NCBI GenBank assembly: GCA_963934735.1
Contig: CAWVZW010000002.1
Coordinates: 3,919-67,918, forward strand
DNA length: 64,000 bases
Reading direction: 5' to 3'
Source: an uncultured Planctomycetaceae bacterium
Lineage (GTDB): Bacteria > Planctomycetota > Planctomycetia > Pirellulales > Pirellulaceae
Position numbers and translations under genes: made by a program. The notes beneath the pieces are model-generated. The model was not told the origin of the DNA. It saw only the letters and a program-made list of their open reading frames with translations, and did no database searches. Below, in pieces: positions 19,718 through 29,905 of this stretch. Position 1 is the stretch's first letter, and every line of letters starts with the position of its first letter.

Positions 19718-21934
19718 TTATGCGGTATCCGTTGTGGAAGGTTTCGCAACCGTCAGGCGATGCAGCATGAACAGCAAGGCCAAGGTAATTACCGTGCCAA
19801 CAACGGTCACAAGCGGACTGTACACGTCCACATCGTCATATTTGACTTGTAGTGTTTGCTGCCATTCGAGGATAGCGGAGAATTTACCAACAACAACCAA
19901 CAATCCATTATGCAAAAAGTGAATGATCATTGTCGGAATAATGCTATTCGTGCGCACCGCCACATACCCAAGTAAAACCCCTACCATTCCGGCATTTAAC
20001 GATTGCTGAAGAATCCCATGAGTGATTCCAAAAAAGGCAGCGGTAATAAAAATCGCTGTCCAGTCTTTGGTTTCTGATCTGAGCCCAGAAAGCATAAACC
20101 CTCGAAATGCCAATTCTTCAAACACTGCCGGCACTACTGCAAACGCCAACAGCAGCCAACCCCACGGAGCGTCGACGAACATTTTCTCCATACCTTCCAG
20201 GCCAGCCAACATGCTTGGGCTCATTGGATATATTTCTGCTATCACCACCCCAAACCAACTGATAATCGGTTGTAGTGAAAATGGCAACAACACTGCAATC
20301 ACCAACACTGGCGCCGATACCCTGCGAATATTGAGCGTGTCCCATAAATTATTCGTCAGAAACACGGCGGCCAATATCGCTGGCACACCGACCGTAAGTA
20401 TTAAAGCGACACTATTATTCAACAACAACCCTTGCCAAGTCATTACATCGGGTGTGAGGAAGTTTGCAAAGAATCGCAAAATTAGCACAAATAACGCAAA
20501 GGAAATTGCCATGCCTGCCGTGGGGGCAACACGTGGAGTTTTCAGCAACTGCAACAGCCACAATTTAACGTCCCATTTCTCACTTTCCCGGAACAACACG
20601 CTTTCACTATTAAACTGTGCAGTTGCCCAGCGGAGCGCCAAGTAACAACAGAACATACTGCTAGCCACCACAGGAAATGCAAATCGAATAGCCACACTAA
20701 ATTGCGATTCAATCAAATTCCGCAATAGCAGAGCCGCTCCTGCCACGGGGATTAAGCTGGTCCCCAAATTTAATTCGACACTGGGTATCATGCTAATCAT
20801 CATCAGCGGCATGCACAGAATCAACAGCGGCATCATGTAATATTGCCCTTCTTTACTGCTGCGAGCAAAAGTAGCTGCTGAGAGAGCCAATGCACTGAAC
20901 ATCGCAACTAGTGGTACGAGTACCACTAAACTCCACAAAATACTCCACCCAGGAACGGACCCTAATTGCTCATGCAGCGGGCTACCTTCAGGCATCATTC
21001 TGCCAATCATAAAAACACCGGTAAAGGCAATGCTGACTAAGTTGAAAAACGATGTAAAGAAACTGAAAGTCATAATGGTCAGTAGTTTACCGGCAACAAT
21101 TTCGATACGTTTTGCGGGGCCACACAGCAGCGTTTCTAACGTTCCGCGTTCTTTTTCTCCCGCACAAAGATCGACAGCGGGATAGAATGCCCCGGACAGA
21201 GTCCACATCAATAGCAACATCGGAATAATACTCGCCCAGAGCGCGGCGGTACGACTTTCTTCCGGAGCAGTATCGCGGTCGACAATTGCAATCGGGTCGG
21301 CAATCTTCAGCGGAATATTACCCGCTTGAAAAAGCGTTTGTTTGATACTTGTTTGCCAACTTTCAAGCACATCAGCTATCCGCTTGCGAGCAATTTTGGA
21401 TTTATCATCCACGGAATTGAAAACAATTTGTGGCCCCTGCGGCAAAACAGTTTCAGCTGATTTGAGTCCACTGTCATCCGATTGCGAATCTTCAACCGTC
21501 GATCCTTCATCTTCTCTGGCCTCCACTTCGTTACGCAGCGCCAAGATGTATTGTTGCAAATCCGCGGGAAATACAATGACTGCGTCGAATTCATCGGAAT
21601 CCACAAGTTTTTTTGCATCGTCATAAACCTCCGATGTCGATTGTTCGCCACCATCGTAAAATTCCAAATCGAGCAGTTTACCCGCTGCTGGGGCATGGTC
21701 ATCCGTGAATTTATTGTTATCGAACAACACCGGTAGGTCGGCTATCGCATCCCTACCAATCACCTGCACCTTGCTTGACGTCTCACTTACAAACTGGGCG
21801 ATCTGCAACATTAACAGGCCTAAGATGGGGTACATCATCAGCGGCAAAATCAACGTCGTAAATAGTGTGCGGCGGTCACGTAATTGATCGCGTATTTCGC
21901 GATTGAATATCCGTTTTACATTCGTCCAATTCAT
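19718..21934 (-). CDS. ABC-2 type (NatB-like) permease fused to a C-terminal CPBP/CAAX-type intramembrane metalloprotease domain
   Basis: N-terminus FNREIRDQLRDRRTLFTTLILPLMMYPILG with a long loop after TM1 and multiple TM segments, typical of NatB/ABC-2 permeases. The C-terminal ~250 aa carry all three CPBP motifs: EELAFRG, FFGITHG, HFLHNG. There is a 4-nt ATGA overlap with the ATPase gene. Confidence 0.75.
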   Translation of the reverse strand: MNWTNVKRIFNREIRDQLRDRRTLFTTLILPLMMYPILGLLMLQIAQFVSETSSKVQVIGRDAIADLPVLFDNNKFTDDHAPAAGKLLDLEFYDGGEQSTSEVYDDAKKLVDSDEFDAVIVFPADLQQYILALRNEVEAREDEGSTVEDSQSDDSGLKSAETVLPQGPQIVFNSVDDKSKIARKRIADVLESWQTSIKQTLFQAGNIPLKIADPIAIVDRDTAPEESRTAALWASIIPMLLLMWTLSGAFYPAVDLCAGEKERGTLETLLCGPAKRIEIVAGKLLTIMTFSFFTSFFNLVSIAFTGVFMIGRMMPEGSPLHEQLGSVPGWSILWSLVVLVPLVAMFSALALSAATFARSSKEGQYYMMPLLILCMPLMMISMIPSVELNLGTSLIPVAGAALLLRNLIESQFSVAIRFAFPVVASSMFCCYLALRWATAQFNSESVLFRESEKWDVKLWLLQLLKTPRVAPTAGMAISFALFVLILRFFANFLTPDVMTWQGLLLNNSVALILTVGVPAILAAVFLTNNLWDTLNIRRVSAPVLVIAVLLPFSLQPIISWFGVVIAEIYPMSPSMLAGLEGMEKMFVDAPWGWLLLAFAVVPAVFEELAFRGFMLSGLRSETKDWTAIFITAAFFGITHGILQQSLNAGMVGVLLGYVAVRTNSIIPTMIIHFLHNGLLVVVGKFSAILEWQQTLQVKYDDVDVYSPLVTVVGTVITLALLFMLHRLTVAKPSTTDTA

Positions 21935-22737
21935 GGTTGCTGCTCCGAAGCGATTACGTCTTCAGCAACAACTCCTGTGCTATTTTCATGGCTATCATCG
22001 CGGTCAATCAGCGCAAAAAACAGTTCTTCGAGGCTATGTTGTCCGTGTGTTTCACACAACTCGCGCTGGCTCCCCTCTGCTAAGATATCCCCGTGGTACA
22101 TAATCGCTACACGATCGCAAACTCTTTCCGCTTCATTCATATGGTGTGTCGAATAGATAATACATTTACCTTGATCTTTAAACTGCAGGACGGTGTTTTG
22201 TAAAGAACGACCGACCAACACATCGAGTCCAACGGTTGCTTCGTCGAAAATCAAAACTGGGGGGTCGTGAATGATTGCGCGTGCGATCGAGACTTTCTGT
22301 TTCATGCCCGTCGACATTTTCCCACAAGTAATGTCTCGAAAGTCATTCATTTGTAATTGCTCGAATACAACTTCACTACGCTCGGCTAATTCGTCTCGCG
22401 ATAGGCCATGTAATTGACCAAAGAACTCCACCATTTCAAAGGCGGACATACGATCGTAGCTGGCGGTATTGGCTGATACAAAACCAATTTGACGGCGGAC
22501 TTCTTCGGCGTGAGTTTCCACGTCAAAGCCAGCGACTGTCGCAGTTCCCCCGGTTGGTTTAAGCATCGTAGATAGCATCCGCAACACAGTGGTTTTGCCG
22601 GCCCCGTTGGGCCCTAGCAGACCAAACACCTGCCCGGGAGAGGCCACGAAGCTGATTCCTCGGACAGCCCATACAGCTCCCCGTTGTAGATCCGGATATG
22701 TCTTTTCTAGTTTTTCAACAACAATCACAGTTAACAC
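21931..22737 (-). CDS. ABC transporter ATP-binding protein (NatA-like)
   Basis: Walker A GPNGAGKTT, signature MSTGMKQKV, Walker B LIFDEATVGLD, H-loop STHHM. GTG start. Confidence 0.9.
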   Translation of the reverse strand: MLTVIVVEKLEKTYPDLQRGAVWAVRGISFVASPGQVFGLLGPNGAGKTTVLRMLSTMLKPTGGTATVAGFDVETHAEEVRRQIGFVSANTASYDRMSAFEMVEFFGQLHGLSRDELAERSEVVFEQLQMNDFRDITCGKMSTGMKQKVSIARAIIHDPPVLIFDEATVGLDVLVGRSLQNTVLQFKDQGKCIIYSTHHMNEAERVCDRVAIMYHGDILAEGSQRELCETHGQHSLEELFFALIDRDDSHENSTGVVAEDVIASEQQP

Positions 22738-22793
22738 CTTTGGTTTGGCGAATCAGCTTAACAGTTCGACCACTGGGCATGCGAGAATGCGTT

Positions 22794-23960
22794 CTACGGT
22801 TGCGCTTCTTCGAGTTGGTAAACCGCTTGGTCGGATTGCTGTCGCTGGTCCAACCAAACCCGATTGGCCGTAACCGCAGTTTGCTCATGTTCATTGTCAA
22901 ACAGTTCATACCGCACATTACGTTGTCGCGGCTCAAAACCAAGTTCTTCGATGGCTCCGCGAATCTGATCTAAGGTTAAGTAATGAACGGTGCCCGCTTC
23001 AGACACAACGTTCTCCTCAATCATCAAACTACCCATATCATTGGCACCATAGAGCATCGCCAATTGGCCTATTTTCAGTCCCTGAGTAACCCAACTCGAT
23101 TGGATATTCGGAATATTGTCCAAGAACAATCGCGAAATCGCTTGGACCCTGAGATATTCAAAAGCTCCCACGGGAGAAATGTGAGCTAACGGTGTGTTAT
23201 CCGGTTGAAACGTCCAAGATATAAACGCTGTGAAGCCATTAGTTTCATCCTGTAGCTGCCTTACTCGATCCATGTGCTCGACACGTTCCTCAAGTGTCTC
23301 TACGTGCCCGTACATCATCGTGGCGGTGCTAACGCCATCCATGTTGTGCCATTGCCGCATCACATCAAGCCAATCATCTGAGTTGACTTTACCTCGGGTC
23401 ATTTCATCCCGCACGCGATCTACCAGAATCTCAGCGCCGCCGCCGGGAATGCTACCCAGTCCAGCAGTCCGAAGTCTTGTCAGCACTTCATTGAGAGACA
23501 GATTATTGAGTTTCACAAAGTGATGTAATTCAGGAGGGCTGAATCCATGGATATTGATGCTGGGGCAACGCTGATGAATATCTTGTAAAAGTTGCTCGTA
23601 CCAATCGAGTTTATATTCGTGGTGCAGTCCGCCTTGAAGCAGAATTTGGTCGCCACCAAGTTGAACCGTTTCTTCGACTTTTGCTAGCAACTCTTCCCGC
23701 TCTAGGACCCATCCTTCATCGCTACCGGGGCTTCGATAAAACGCACAGAAATCGCAAACGGCCGTGCAGATATTCGAATAGTTAATATTTCGATCAATGT
23801 TATAGGTTCGATAGGACTCGGGGTGCATGCGTAGCGTCACGCTGTTAGCAGCTCGCCCAATGGCATCGAGATCACGCGACCGCATTAGCGAGATGCCTTC
23901 TTGCAGCGTAATGCGTTGTCCAGCAACTGCCTTATCCAAAATCGGCTGAATGTCACTCAT
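22794..23960 (-). CDS. mqnC: Radical SAM enzyme of the futalosine pathway, most like cyclic dehypoxanthinyl futalosine synthase MqnC (MqnE not excluded)
   Basis: NIDRNINYSNICTAVCDFCAFYR (CxxxCxxC cluster), ILLQGGLH, GGGAEIL, MMYGHVET, TAFISWTFQP. It starts 9 nt after mqnA. Confidence 0.7.
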   Translation of the reverse strand: MSDIQPILDKAVAGQRITLQEGISLMRSRDLDAIGRAANSVTLRMHPESYRTYNIDRNINYSNICTAVCDFCAFYRSPGSDEGWVLEREELLAKVEETVQLGGDQILLQGGLHHEYKLDWYEQLLQDIHQRCPSINIHGFSPPELHHFVKLNNLSLNEVLTRLRTAGLGSIPGGGAEILVDRVRDEMTRGKVNSDDWLDVMRQWHNMDGVSTATMMYGHVETLEERVEHMDRVRQLQDETNGFTAFISWTFQPDNTPLAHISPVGAFEYLRVQAISRLFLDNIPNIQSSWVTQGLKIGQLAMLYGANDMGSLMIEENVVSEAGTVHYLTLDQIRGAIEELGFEPRQRNVRYELFDNEHEQTAVTANRVWLDQRQQSDQAVYQLEEAQP

Positions 23961-23969
23961 AATTATTCT

Positions 23970-24761
23970 CTATAAAGACTCTATAGATTTGGCGGCGGGA
24001 AATAACTCGCCGACATAGCCTCGAAACAAATCCATTGACTGTCGTTCGGCATCGCCTAAGTAAAAATGTAAATGGTCTCTCAGGTATGTTAGACACTGTT
24101 CGGCCGACAGTCCGAGATCGTCCGCGTGCGCGGTCGCAATTTTTTCTAGATTGGCAAGACCATCATCACGTGCTGCGGAAAACGCCTGCTCGACCTCAGA
24201 CAAATCCTGTTCGATTCCAGCACGCGCTGTCCACATCGCAAACACGAAAGGTAATCCGGTCCAATCGACCCAGTGTTCACCTAGATCCCAGATTTCTGCG
24301 TACTCATCCGCTGGTACGTGCATGGCGCGGTCGCCGATAATCAACACGGCATCTGCTTGGCAATCCTGTAGTGACTGCCCGATAGGAAATCCCTGTAACT
24401 CAGGTCTTATGCCAAGACGCTTTTTAAGCAGGACTTGCACCAATGCCACACTAGTGCGAGAACCTTCATCGAGCGCTAGAGTACGAATCTCACCCGAAGC
24501 ACAACGACTGACAAGCGAAACACTATGAACCGGTCCGCGACACGCGATACAGGCATCCGACAGTATTTGATATCCAGGAGAATCAAACGTTTCCACGGTT
24601 GGAATCAACGCAATATCAAGTTCACCTCGAGCCAAATCGTCCGCTAGCCGACCTGGCAAATCAAATGTAATCTTGGCTTCAGGTAACCGCTGCTGCAATC
24701 CGTACACAAGTGGTTTGGTATTCAGATAGGAAACTGCACCTATTTTTAAACTTTGCGTCAT
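23970..24761 (-). CDS. mqnA: Chorismate dehydratase (futalosine pathway)
   Basis: The ATG at 24761 gives MTQSLKIGAVSYLNTKPLVYGL, typical of MqnA. It has a periplasmic-binding-protein-like fold and FVFAMW. The ORF-track start at 24794 adds 11 residues. Confidence 0.8.
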   Translation of the reverse strand: MTQSLKIGAVSYLNTKPLVYGLQQRLPEAKITFDLPGRLADDLARGELDIALIPTVETFDSPGYQILSDACIACRGPVHSVSLVSRCASGEIRTLALDEGSRTSVALVQVLLKKRLGIRPELQGFPIGQSLQDCQADAVLIIGDRAMHVPADEYAEIWDLGEHWVDWTGLPFVFAMWTARAGIEQDLSEVEQAFSAARDDGLANLEKIATAHADDLGLSAEQCLTYLRDHLHFYLGDAERQSMDLFRGYVGELFPAAKSIESL

Positions 24762-24895
24762 TGATTTTTGTCCGAAAGAAGCGATTGAACGCACTATAAA
24801 ACATCTTCAAATGTAGCGAGTATTATATTGTGAATGTACTGTTATGAGAACCGTTGCTAGGGGGCCGAAACAACCTAATTTCTGCTGGAATTTAT

Positions 24896-25630
24896 TCAAT
24901 CCGGTAACGAAATCCCCGCCGCCGCCCAACTCGACGGCAATTGCGCGGTCTGTTCGATGAATTTATCTAGCATCGGGTGCCGCAAATGCAAATGCCGAGC
25001 GTGTAAAGCAATGCATCTGCGCCTTTCATCTTCATGATGTTCGCCAAAGATTTGATCGGATCCATACAACTGATCACCGACAATCGGCACTTTACGAGAG
25101 CCACACTGTAACCTTATTTGATGCGTACGCCCCGTTTCAAGTTCGATTTCGAGCCAAGTTTTTTCCGCTCGCTGTTGCAGCACTCGGTAATGCAGCACTG
25201 CCCGTTTTGCTCCGTCTGCCGCCTCGTCGCATATTTCGCTGCGAGCTTCTCCTGGTACCTTACACAAAAAGTCGACCCACGTGCCCTGCTGCGGCAACTC
25301 AACTCCCTGCACACAGGCCCAGTACGTCTTGTTAACGTCCCGCCGCTGGAATTGATCTGAAATACGTTTGGCGGCGCGTTGATGTAGAGCCAAAACCATC
25401 ACTCCGGAGACCGGACGATCCAATCGATGAGGCACGCCTAAATAGACTTTACCTGGTTTGTTGTCACGCTCGCGTATATACCGCTTCATTTTCAATTCTA
25501 AACTCTCGATGTGTGGCGGCGCTTGCGTCAATAACCCAGCCGGCTTGTAGACCAACATGCACGGGCCTTCTTCATACAGAATTTTGATGGCCCCCAACAA
25601 TTCAAGCGGCAAAGCAATTCCTTTCTTCAA
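24896..25630 (-). CDS. RluA family pseudouridine synthase
   Basis: Catalytic motif HRLDRPVSGVMVLA, LVYKPAGLL, GRTHQIR. TTG start. Confidence 0.8.
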   Translation of the reverse strand: MKKGIALPLELLGAIKILYEEGPCMLVYKPAGLLTQAPPHIESLELKMKRYIRERDNKPGKVYLGVPHRLDRPVSGVMVLALHQRAAKRISDQFQRRDVNKTYWACVQGVELPQQGTWVDFLCKVPGEARSEICDEAADGAKRAVLHYRVLQQRAEKTWLEIELETGRTHQIRLQCGSRKVPIVGDQLYGSDQIFGEHHEDERRRCIALHARHLHLRHPMLDKFIEQTAQLPSSWAAAGISLPD

Positions 25631-25657
25631 TGCAGTTTTGTTTTAAGCAACGCGACA

Positions 25658-25701
25658 GACAACAAAACCGCCGACTATCCGCTATGCGAATAATCGGCGG
25701 T
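25658..25701 (-). terminator. Rho-independent terminator downstream of the Gfo/Idh/MocA gene
   Basis: On the minus strand there is a perfect 8-bp GC-rich stem (ACCGCCGA at 25667-25674 pairs with TCGGCGGT at 25694-25701). It is followed by TTTTGTTGT and lies about 50 nt after the stop at 25754. Confidence 0.7.
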
Positions 25702-25753
25702 TGAAACGTTTAGGAACTTGCCAAATATGGCGATTACTTTCACAAACCGAAAT

Positions 25754-27217
25754 CTAGACCTGCCCAGCTGCGGGTACTTCAAACGGCTTACGATATTCTC
25801 GTGAGAGTTGATAGCTGGCAGTTTCATTACCAACGATCGATTCATCTTCAGGATTGATTTCCAACAAAGACCCGAATTGGAACGGAGTGGATGCGAAATC
25901 AGAATTATTGGCTTTAGCATGTTCCAAGGTACGGTTAAACGTATCCTGCACATCATCTTGCGATCGATGCGCCTTGAGACTCTTTTCAGCTTTTTCAATG
26001 TTCAAAGGTCCACCGGTACGCAGGGAAATGTTACCTAGATGACATAACGCACTGGACAGATGGCCTTCTTCGATATCCGCATTGAGCACTTTATGATCCC
26101 GTGCTCGTACTGCCTGAATAAAGTTATCAAAGTGGTTTCCATTTCCAGAGAAGGTCTTAAGCAGATTCCCATCTTTATCGAAAGCGGAACCAGAATTGTA
26201 TGACGGACAAACGGCATAACCTTCGCTACCTTCAAAGATGACGCCAACTTTAGCGCCTTTGTAGGCTGATGTTTCCAGGCCACGTACTTCAAAAATCAAA
26301 GACTTCTTGCCGTAACCATGAGAGACAACTTGCGTATTAGCAGTATCACCGGCATCAACATAGCTAAAGCGACCACCGTAACTCAGTGTCGAAACAGCAA
26401 AACGATCCACGCCTAATCCCCAACGCGCGATGTCCATTTGATGGATACCTTGGTTACCGAGGTCACCATTTCCGTAATCCCATTGCCAGTGCCAATCGTA
26501 ATGGAACTGAGGCCGTGAAACATGATTCTTGTTAGGTGCGGGTCCCAACCAAAGATCATAGTTAACGTTACTGGGAGCGGCATATTTACCGCGGGTACCA
26601 ATTGACTTACGACGTTTGTAGCATAGTCCACGAGCGACAGTAACATCACCAATCTTGCCACCTTGGACGAACTTCACGAGTTCCATCATGCCCGGGTTAC
26701 TGCGAGATTGCGTACCGGTTTGACAAATGCGATTATATTTACGAGCGGTTTCGACGATGCGTCGACCTTCGCTTACATTATGGCTAACCGGCTTTTCCAC
26801 ATAAACATCTTTGCCAGCCTGCATGGACCAAATCGCACCCAATGCATGCCAGTGGTTGGGCGTAGCGATACTGACGATATCGACACGATTGTCTTCGAGT
26901 ACTTTTCGAATATCTTCTTCAAATTTCGGGACATTACCACCTTGGCGTTTGCCAACTTCAGCGGCTCGACGAGCGCCTACGTCTCGATCCGCGTCACAGA
27001 TGTAAAGAATCTCAGTATCTTTACGACCAGCGAACGCACCGATGTGACTACCGCCACGACCACGGACGCCGACGACAGCAACGCCGAGTTTCTCATTAGG
27101 ACTGCTGCTTTGATCTTCAAAGCCATATGAAATGGCCGGAGAACCTACAGCGGCAGCAGAAGCTGCAGCAAGCATGGATTCTTCTAGAAATTGACGACGA
27201 TTACGAAAGCCCATCAC
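25754..27217 (-). CDS. Gfo/Idh/MocA family oxidoreductase with Tat signal
   Basis: Twin-arginine N-terminus FRNRRQFLEES...AAVG, Rossmann GVAVVGVRGRGGSH, EKP motif (VYVEKP). Confidence 0.85.
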   Translation of the reverse strand: MMGFRNRRQFLEESMLAAASAAAVGSPAISYGFEDQSSSPNEKLGVAVVGVRGRGGSHIGAFAGRKDTEILYICDADRDVGARRAAEVGKRQGGNVPKFEEDIRKVLEDNRVDIVSIATPNHWHALGAIWSMQAGKDVYVEKPVSHNVSEGRRIVETARKYNRICQTGTQSRSNPGMMELVKFVQGGKIGDVTVARGLCYKRRKSIGTRGKYAAPSNVNYDLWLGPAPNKNHVSRPQFHYDWHWQWDYGNGDLGNQGIHQMDIARWGLGVDRFAVSTLSYGGRFSYVDAGDTANTQVVSHGYGKKSLIFEVRGLETSAYKGAKVGVIFEGSEGYAVCPSYNSGSAFDKDGNLLKTFSGNGNHFDNFIQAVRARDHKVLNADIEEGHLSSALCHLGNISLRTGGPLNIEKAEKSLKAHRSQDDVQDTFNRTLEHAKANNSDFASTPFQFGSLLEINPEDESIVGNETASYQLSREYRKPFEVPAAGQV

Positions 27218-27284
27218 AAGCCCCTTTTCTTATTTACAAACAACTATTTTTTCGATGTTTCCATGATAACACAAATTAACAACG

Positions 27285-28862
27285 TTAGTCGACATTTGCT
27301 GCTTGTCGCACGGATTCCCAATATTTCTGGGCACCTACGTAGTACTGCATCACTTCATCTCGCTCGGCTCCTGGGGCCAGCTTGATCTTACCTTGTCGTT
27401 CCTGGAGCCAATCAATAAAGAATTGGCTCGACGCTTCACTGATGCGACGTTTTCCACCAATCTCTACGTAAAATGGCCCCGTGCTCGCTAAACGATAGGA
27501 TTTCGGATAATTGGTGACAGCACGAATCATAATCCAACCGCTCTGAGTGAATTCTACATCCGGTAGCCGCCCACCCATCTTCGCATAGGCGTCCAACCGT
27601 ACATTTTCTACTACAATTCCGTCTCTAATTATTTCCAAATACTCAACCTTCTCTTGAAACGCCAAGCTCAGCGTTGGTGACAAAGTAACCGTTTCGCCAG
27701 CCTCCGCCTTGAAGACATGACCAGGCAATTCGCCATTGATTCGCGGACGCAACATCGGGCCGTTGGTCACTACCACCTTTCCAGCTCTGAGATTCTCCCA
27801 CCACGTATCCCAACTAAACTGTTCACCGCAATATACGTAGACGCGGTTATATCCCACCGGATTATGCAACACGCCAGAGGCACTTCCAGCAGACGGCGGA
27901 ATCCGATGTCCCGTATTAAGTATCTGATAGTAAATATGCTGTGACCATTTCCCATTGGCCACCTTGCCGTTGAACAACTGTTTATCACGAGGTTTACCCC
28001 ACGCTTCCGTATTGTTCATTTTGCTACGCTGCATGTGGTTGTTGTTAATACCAATGGAATCCACCATCCCACTAGCAATCCATACGGGCACATCCCACCA
28101 AAACGGTTTTTCAATATCCACATGCACGTCGCGGTGTTGATGAATCTCCTGCAAGAACTTCATCGATGATGGCGTCTCCCGTTCACCACTAATGATGTTA
28201 TGCGGACTGCGCAAATTATGATAAATCAAAGCGCCCCCATCTCGCTCGTCCTCGCCGCTGAGCACATGATAGAAGCGATCACCATCAAATTTGTGTAGCA
28301 ATTCCTCGGGTAGTGGAGTCTCCGTCCACAGACTATTCTTGTTCCACCAAGTGATAACCGGAGCGATATGTAAGTCTTCTGCTTGCATAAGCAGTTCGAT
28401 ATCCTCAAGCTTGCGATGAATATGCAGGTCACCCGAATACCAACCTTCCTTTTTCATATCAACAAAACGCTTTAACGGAATAATCTTCTGTTCCCGTGCG
28501 CCAGGCAACATCGTAAAAAATCCACGATGGATACGATATTCCGGACCTCGTTCAATTTCAAATTGATACCGATCCGCATTAAGCCGTAGGCGCACTTTAC
28601 CTGCGCATACGAAATGGTCATGGAAAAACGGCATCCCGAATGCTCGCACTGCCACACCTTTGCTATTCCACAGGTGGATGCGGGCCGGAATTTGCTCCTT
28701 GCTTTCCGAATCAATAATCTGGAAATCAATCACTCCGCCCTGCCCGTAAACCGCCGTGTCAAGAAAACCGATCAGACCGTAGATTACAATCGTCGACAAT
28801 AATACAATGCGGACTCGGCCAACAATAAAAGAAGTGCAAACTCGACTCATCTCAATCCTCAT
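27285..28862 (-). CDS. Membrane-anchored or secreted PHP-like (CehA/McbA family) putative metallohydrolase
   Basis: N-terminal hydrophobic segment, then a beta-sandwich-like region (IDFQIIDSESKEQIPARIHLW) and a PHP-type GDLHIH motif. Assigned by motif only. Confidence 0.5.
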   Translation of the reverse strand: MRIEMSRVCTSFIVGRVRIVLLSTIVIYGLIGFLDTAVYGQGGVIDFQIIDSESKEQIPARIHLWNSKGVAVRAFGMPFFHDHFVCAGKVRLRLNADRYQFEIERGPEYRIHRGFFTMLPGAREQKIIPLKRFVDMKKEGWYSGDLHIHRKLEDIELLMQAEDLHIAPVITWWNKNSLWTETPLPEELLHKFDGDRFYHVLSGEDERDGGALIYHNLRSPHNIISGERETPSSMKFLQEIHQHRDVHVDIEKPFWWDVPVWIASGMVDSIGINNNHMQRSKMNNTEAWGKPRDKQLFNGKVANGKWSQHIYYQILNTGHRIPPSAGSASGVLHNPVGYNRVYVYCGEQFSWDTWWENLRAGKVVVTNGPMLRPRINGELPGHVFKAEAGETVTLSPTLSLAFQEKVEYLEIIRDGIVVENVRLDAYAKMGGRLPDVEFTQSGWIMIRAVTNYPKSYRLASTGPFYVEIGGKRRISEASSQFFIDWLQERQGKIKLAPGAERDEVMQYYVGAQKYWESVRQAANVD

Positions 28863-29001
28863 CGGTAAAAGCTCATTTGCTGAACACAGAAACAGTTACG
28901 GCTTGTCAGTTTACTAGGCGCACCTCTACAATCCCAATAGCGAATGCAAGAATAACCGAATATTTATCAGCCGCGGCCAAATCGCAATACGACGATAATT
29001 C

Positions 29002-29898
29002 ATGAGCAACGATTACTACAACACGTTGGGGCTATCTCAAGGCGCCGAAAAAAAAGAAATTCAAAAGGCATATCGAGAACTTGCTCGAAAGTATCACCCG
29101 GATATGAATCCTGATGATGCTAGTGCTAAAGCCAAGTTCCAAGAAGTACAGCATGCCTATGATGTCCTCTCCGATGAGAACAAACGCTCACAATATGATC
29201 AGTTTGGCGAGGGGTTTGAGAACATGGCGCAGGGCCCTGGCGGGTTTGGAGGCGGAGGGAGCCCGTTTGCCGGTGCCGATCTTGAATCCCTATTTGGCGG
29301 TGGAGGTGGTGGCGGTTTTGAACAGTTCTTCAACACGGGTGGACCACAGGGTCCACGTCCGACTAAGGGTCAAAGCCTCGAGGACAAGTTAAAAATACCC
29401 TTTGCTACCGCTGTGACCGGAGGTAAAGCATCCGTGAATACAGTCGCAGAAGACGGAAATACGACTTCCGTACAAGTTACAATTCCTGCAGGTATCGAAA
29501 GCGGACAGAAGATACGCCTCAAAGGAAAAGGATACCCCGGAAGCAATGGCGGGCCCAATGGCGACATCTTGCTGACAATCAATGTTGCACCGCATCCCGA
29601 CTACCGCCGCAATGGTAATGATCTCGAATTAACAATGCCGTTGACGCTGGCCGAAGCACTACAAGGTACTGAACTCGATATCCCGACGCCGTATAGTACC
29701 ATCACGCTCAAAATTCCAGCTGGAACACCTAGTGGGAAGCGGTTTCGCGTAAAACAACATGGTGTGACTCACAAAACGGGAAAAGGAAACTTGTTCGTTA
29801 TTACGCAAATCCACTTTCCTGATGAGCCGCCCGCTGAACTTGTCGAGCAAATTGACGCATTACAGCAACCGAACCCACGCCATCAAATAAGCTGGTAG
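29002..29898 (+). CDS. DnaJ-class co-chaperone without zinc finger (CbpA/DnaJ type II-like)
   Basis: J domain [12 protein letters not shown]...KYHPDMNP, a Gly/Phe-rich linker, no CxxCxGxG repeats, and C-terminal DnaJ_C beta domains. Confidence 0.85.
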   Translation: MSNDYYNTLGLSQGAEKKEIQKAYRELARKYHPDMNPDDASAKAKFQEVQHAYDVLSDENKRSQYDQFGEGFENMAQGPGGFGGGGSPFAGADLESLFGGGGGGGFEQFFNTGGPQGPRPTKGQSLEDKLKIPFATAVTGGKASVNTVAEDGNTTSVQVTIPAGIESGQKIRLKGKGYPGSNGGPNGDILLTINVAPHPDYRRNGNDLELTMPLTLAEALQGTELDIPTPYSTITLKIPAGTPSGKRFRVKQHGVTHKTGKGNLFVITQIHFPDEPPAELVEQIDALQQPNPRHQISW

Positions 29899-29905
29899 AA
29901 ATGCC

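Noticed and set aside
29043-29055. A8 run in the DnaJ-like gene (GCC GAA AAA AAA GAA) as a second slippery site
   Set aside because: It lies at codons 15-18 in the J domain, where truncation has no known biological precedent. Unlike the dnaX site, there is no positional analogy.
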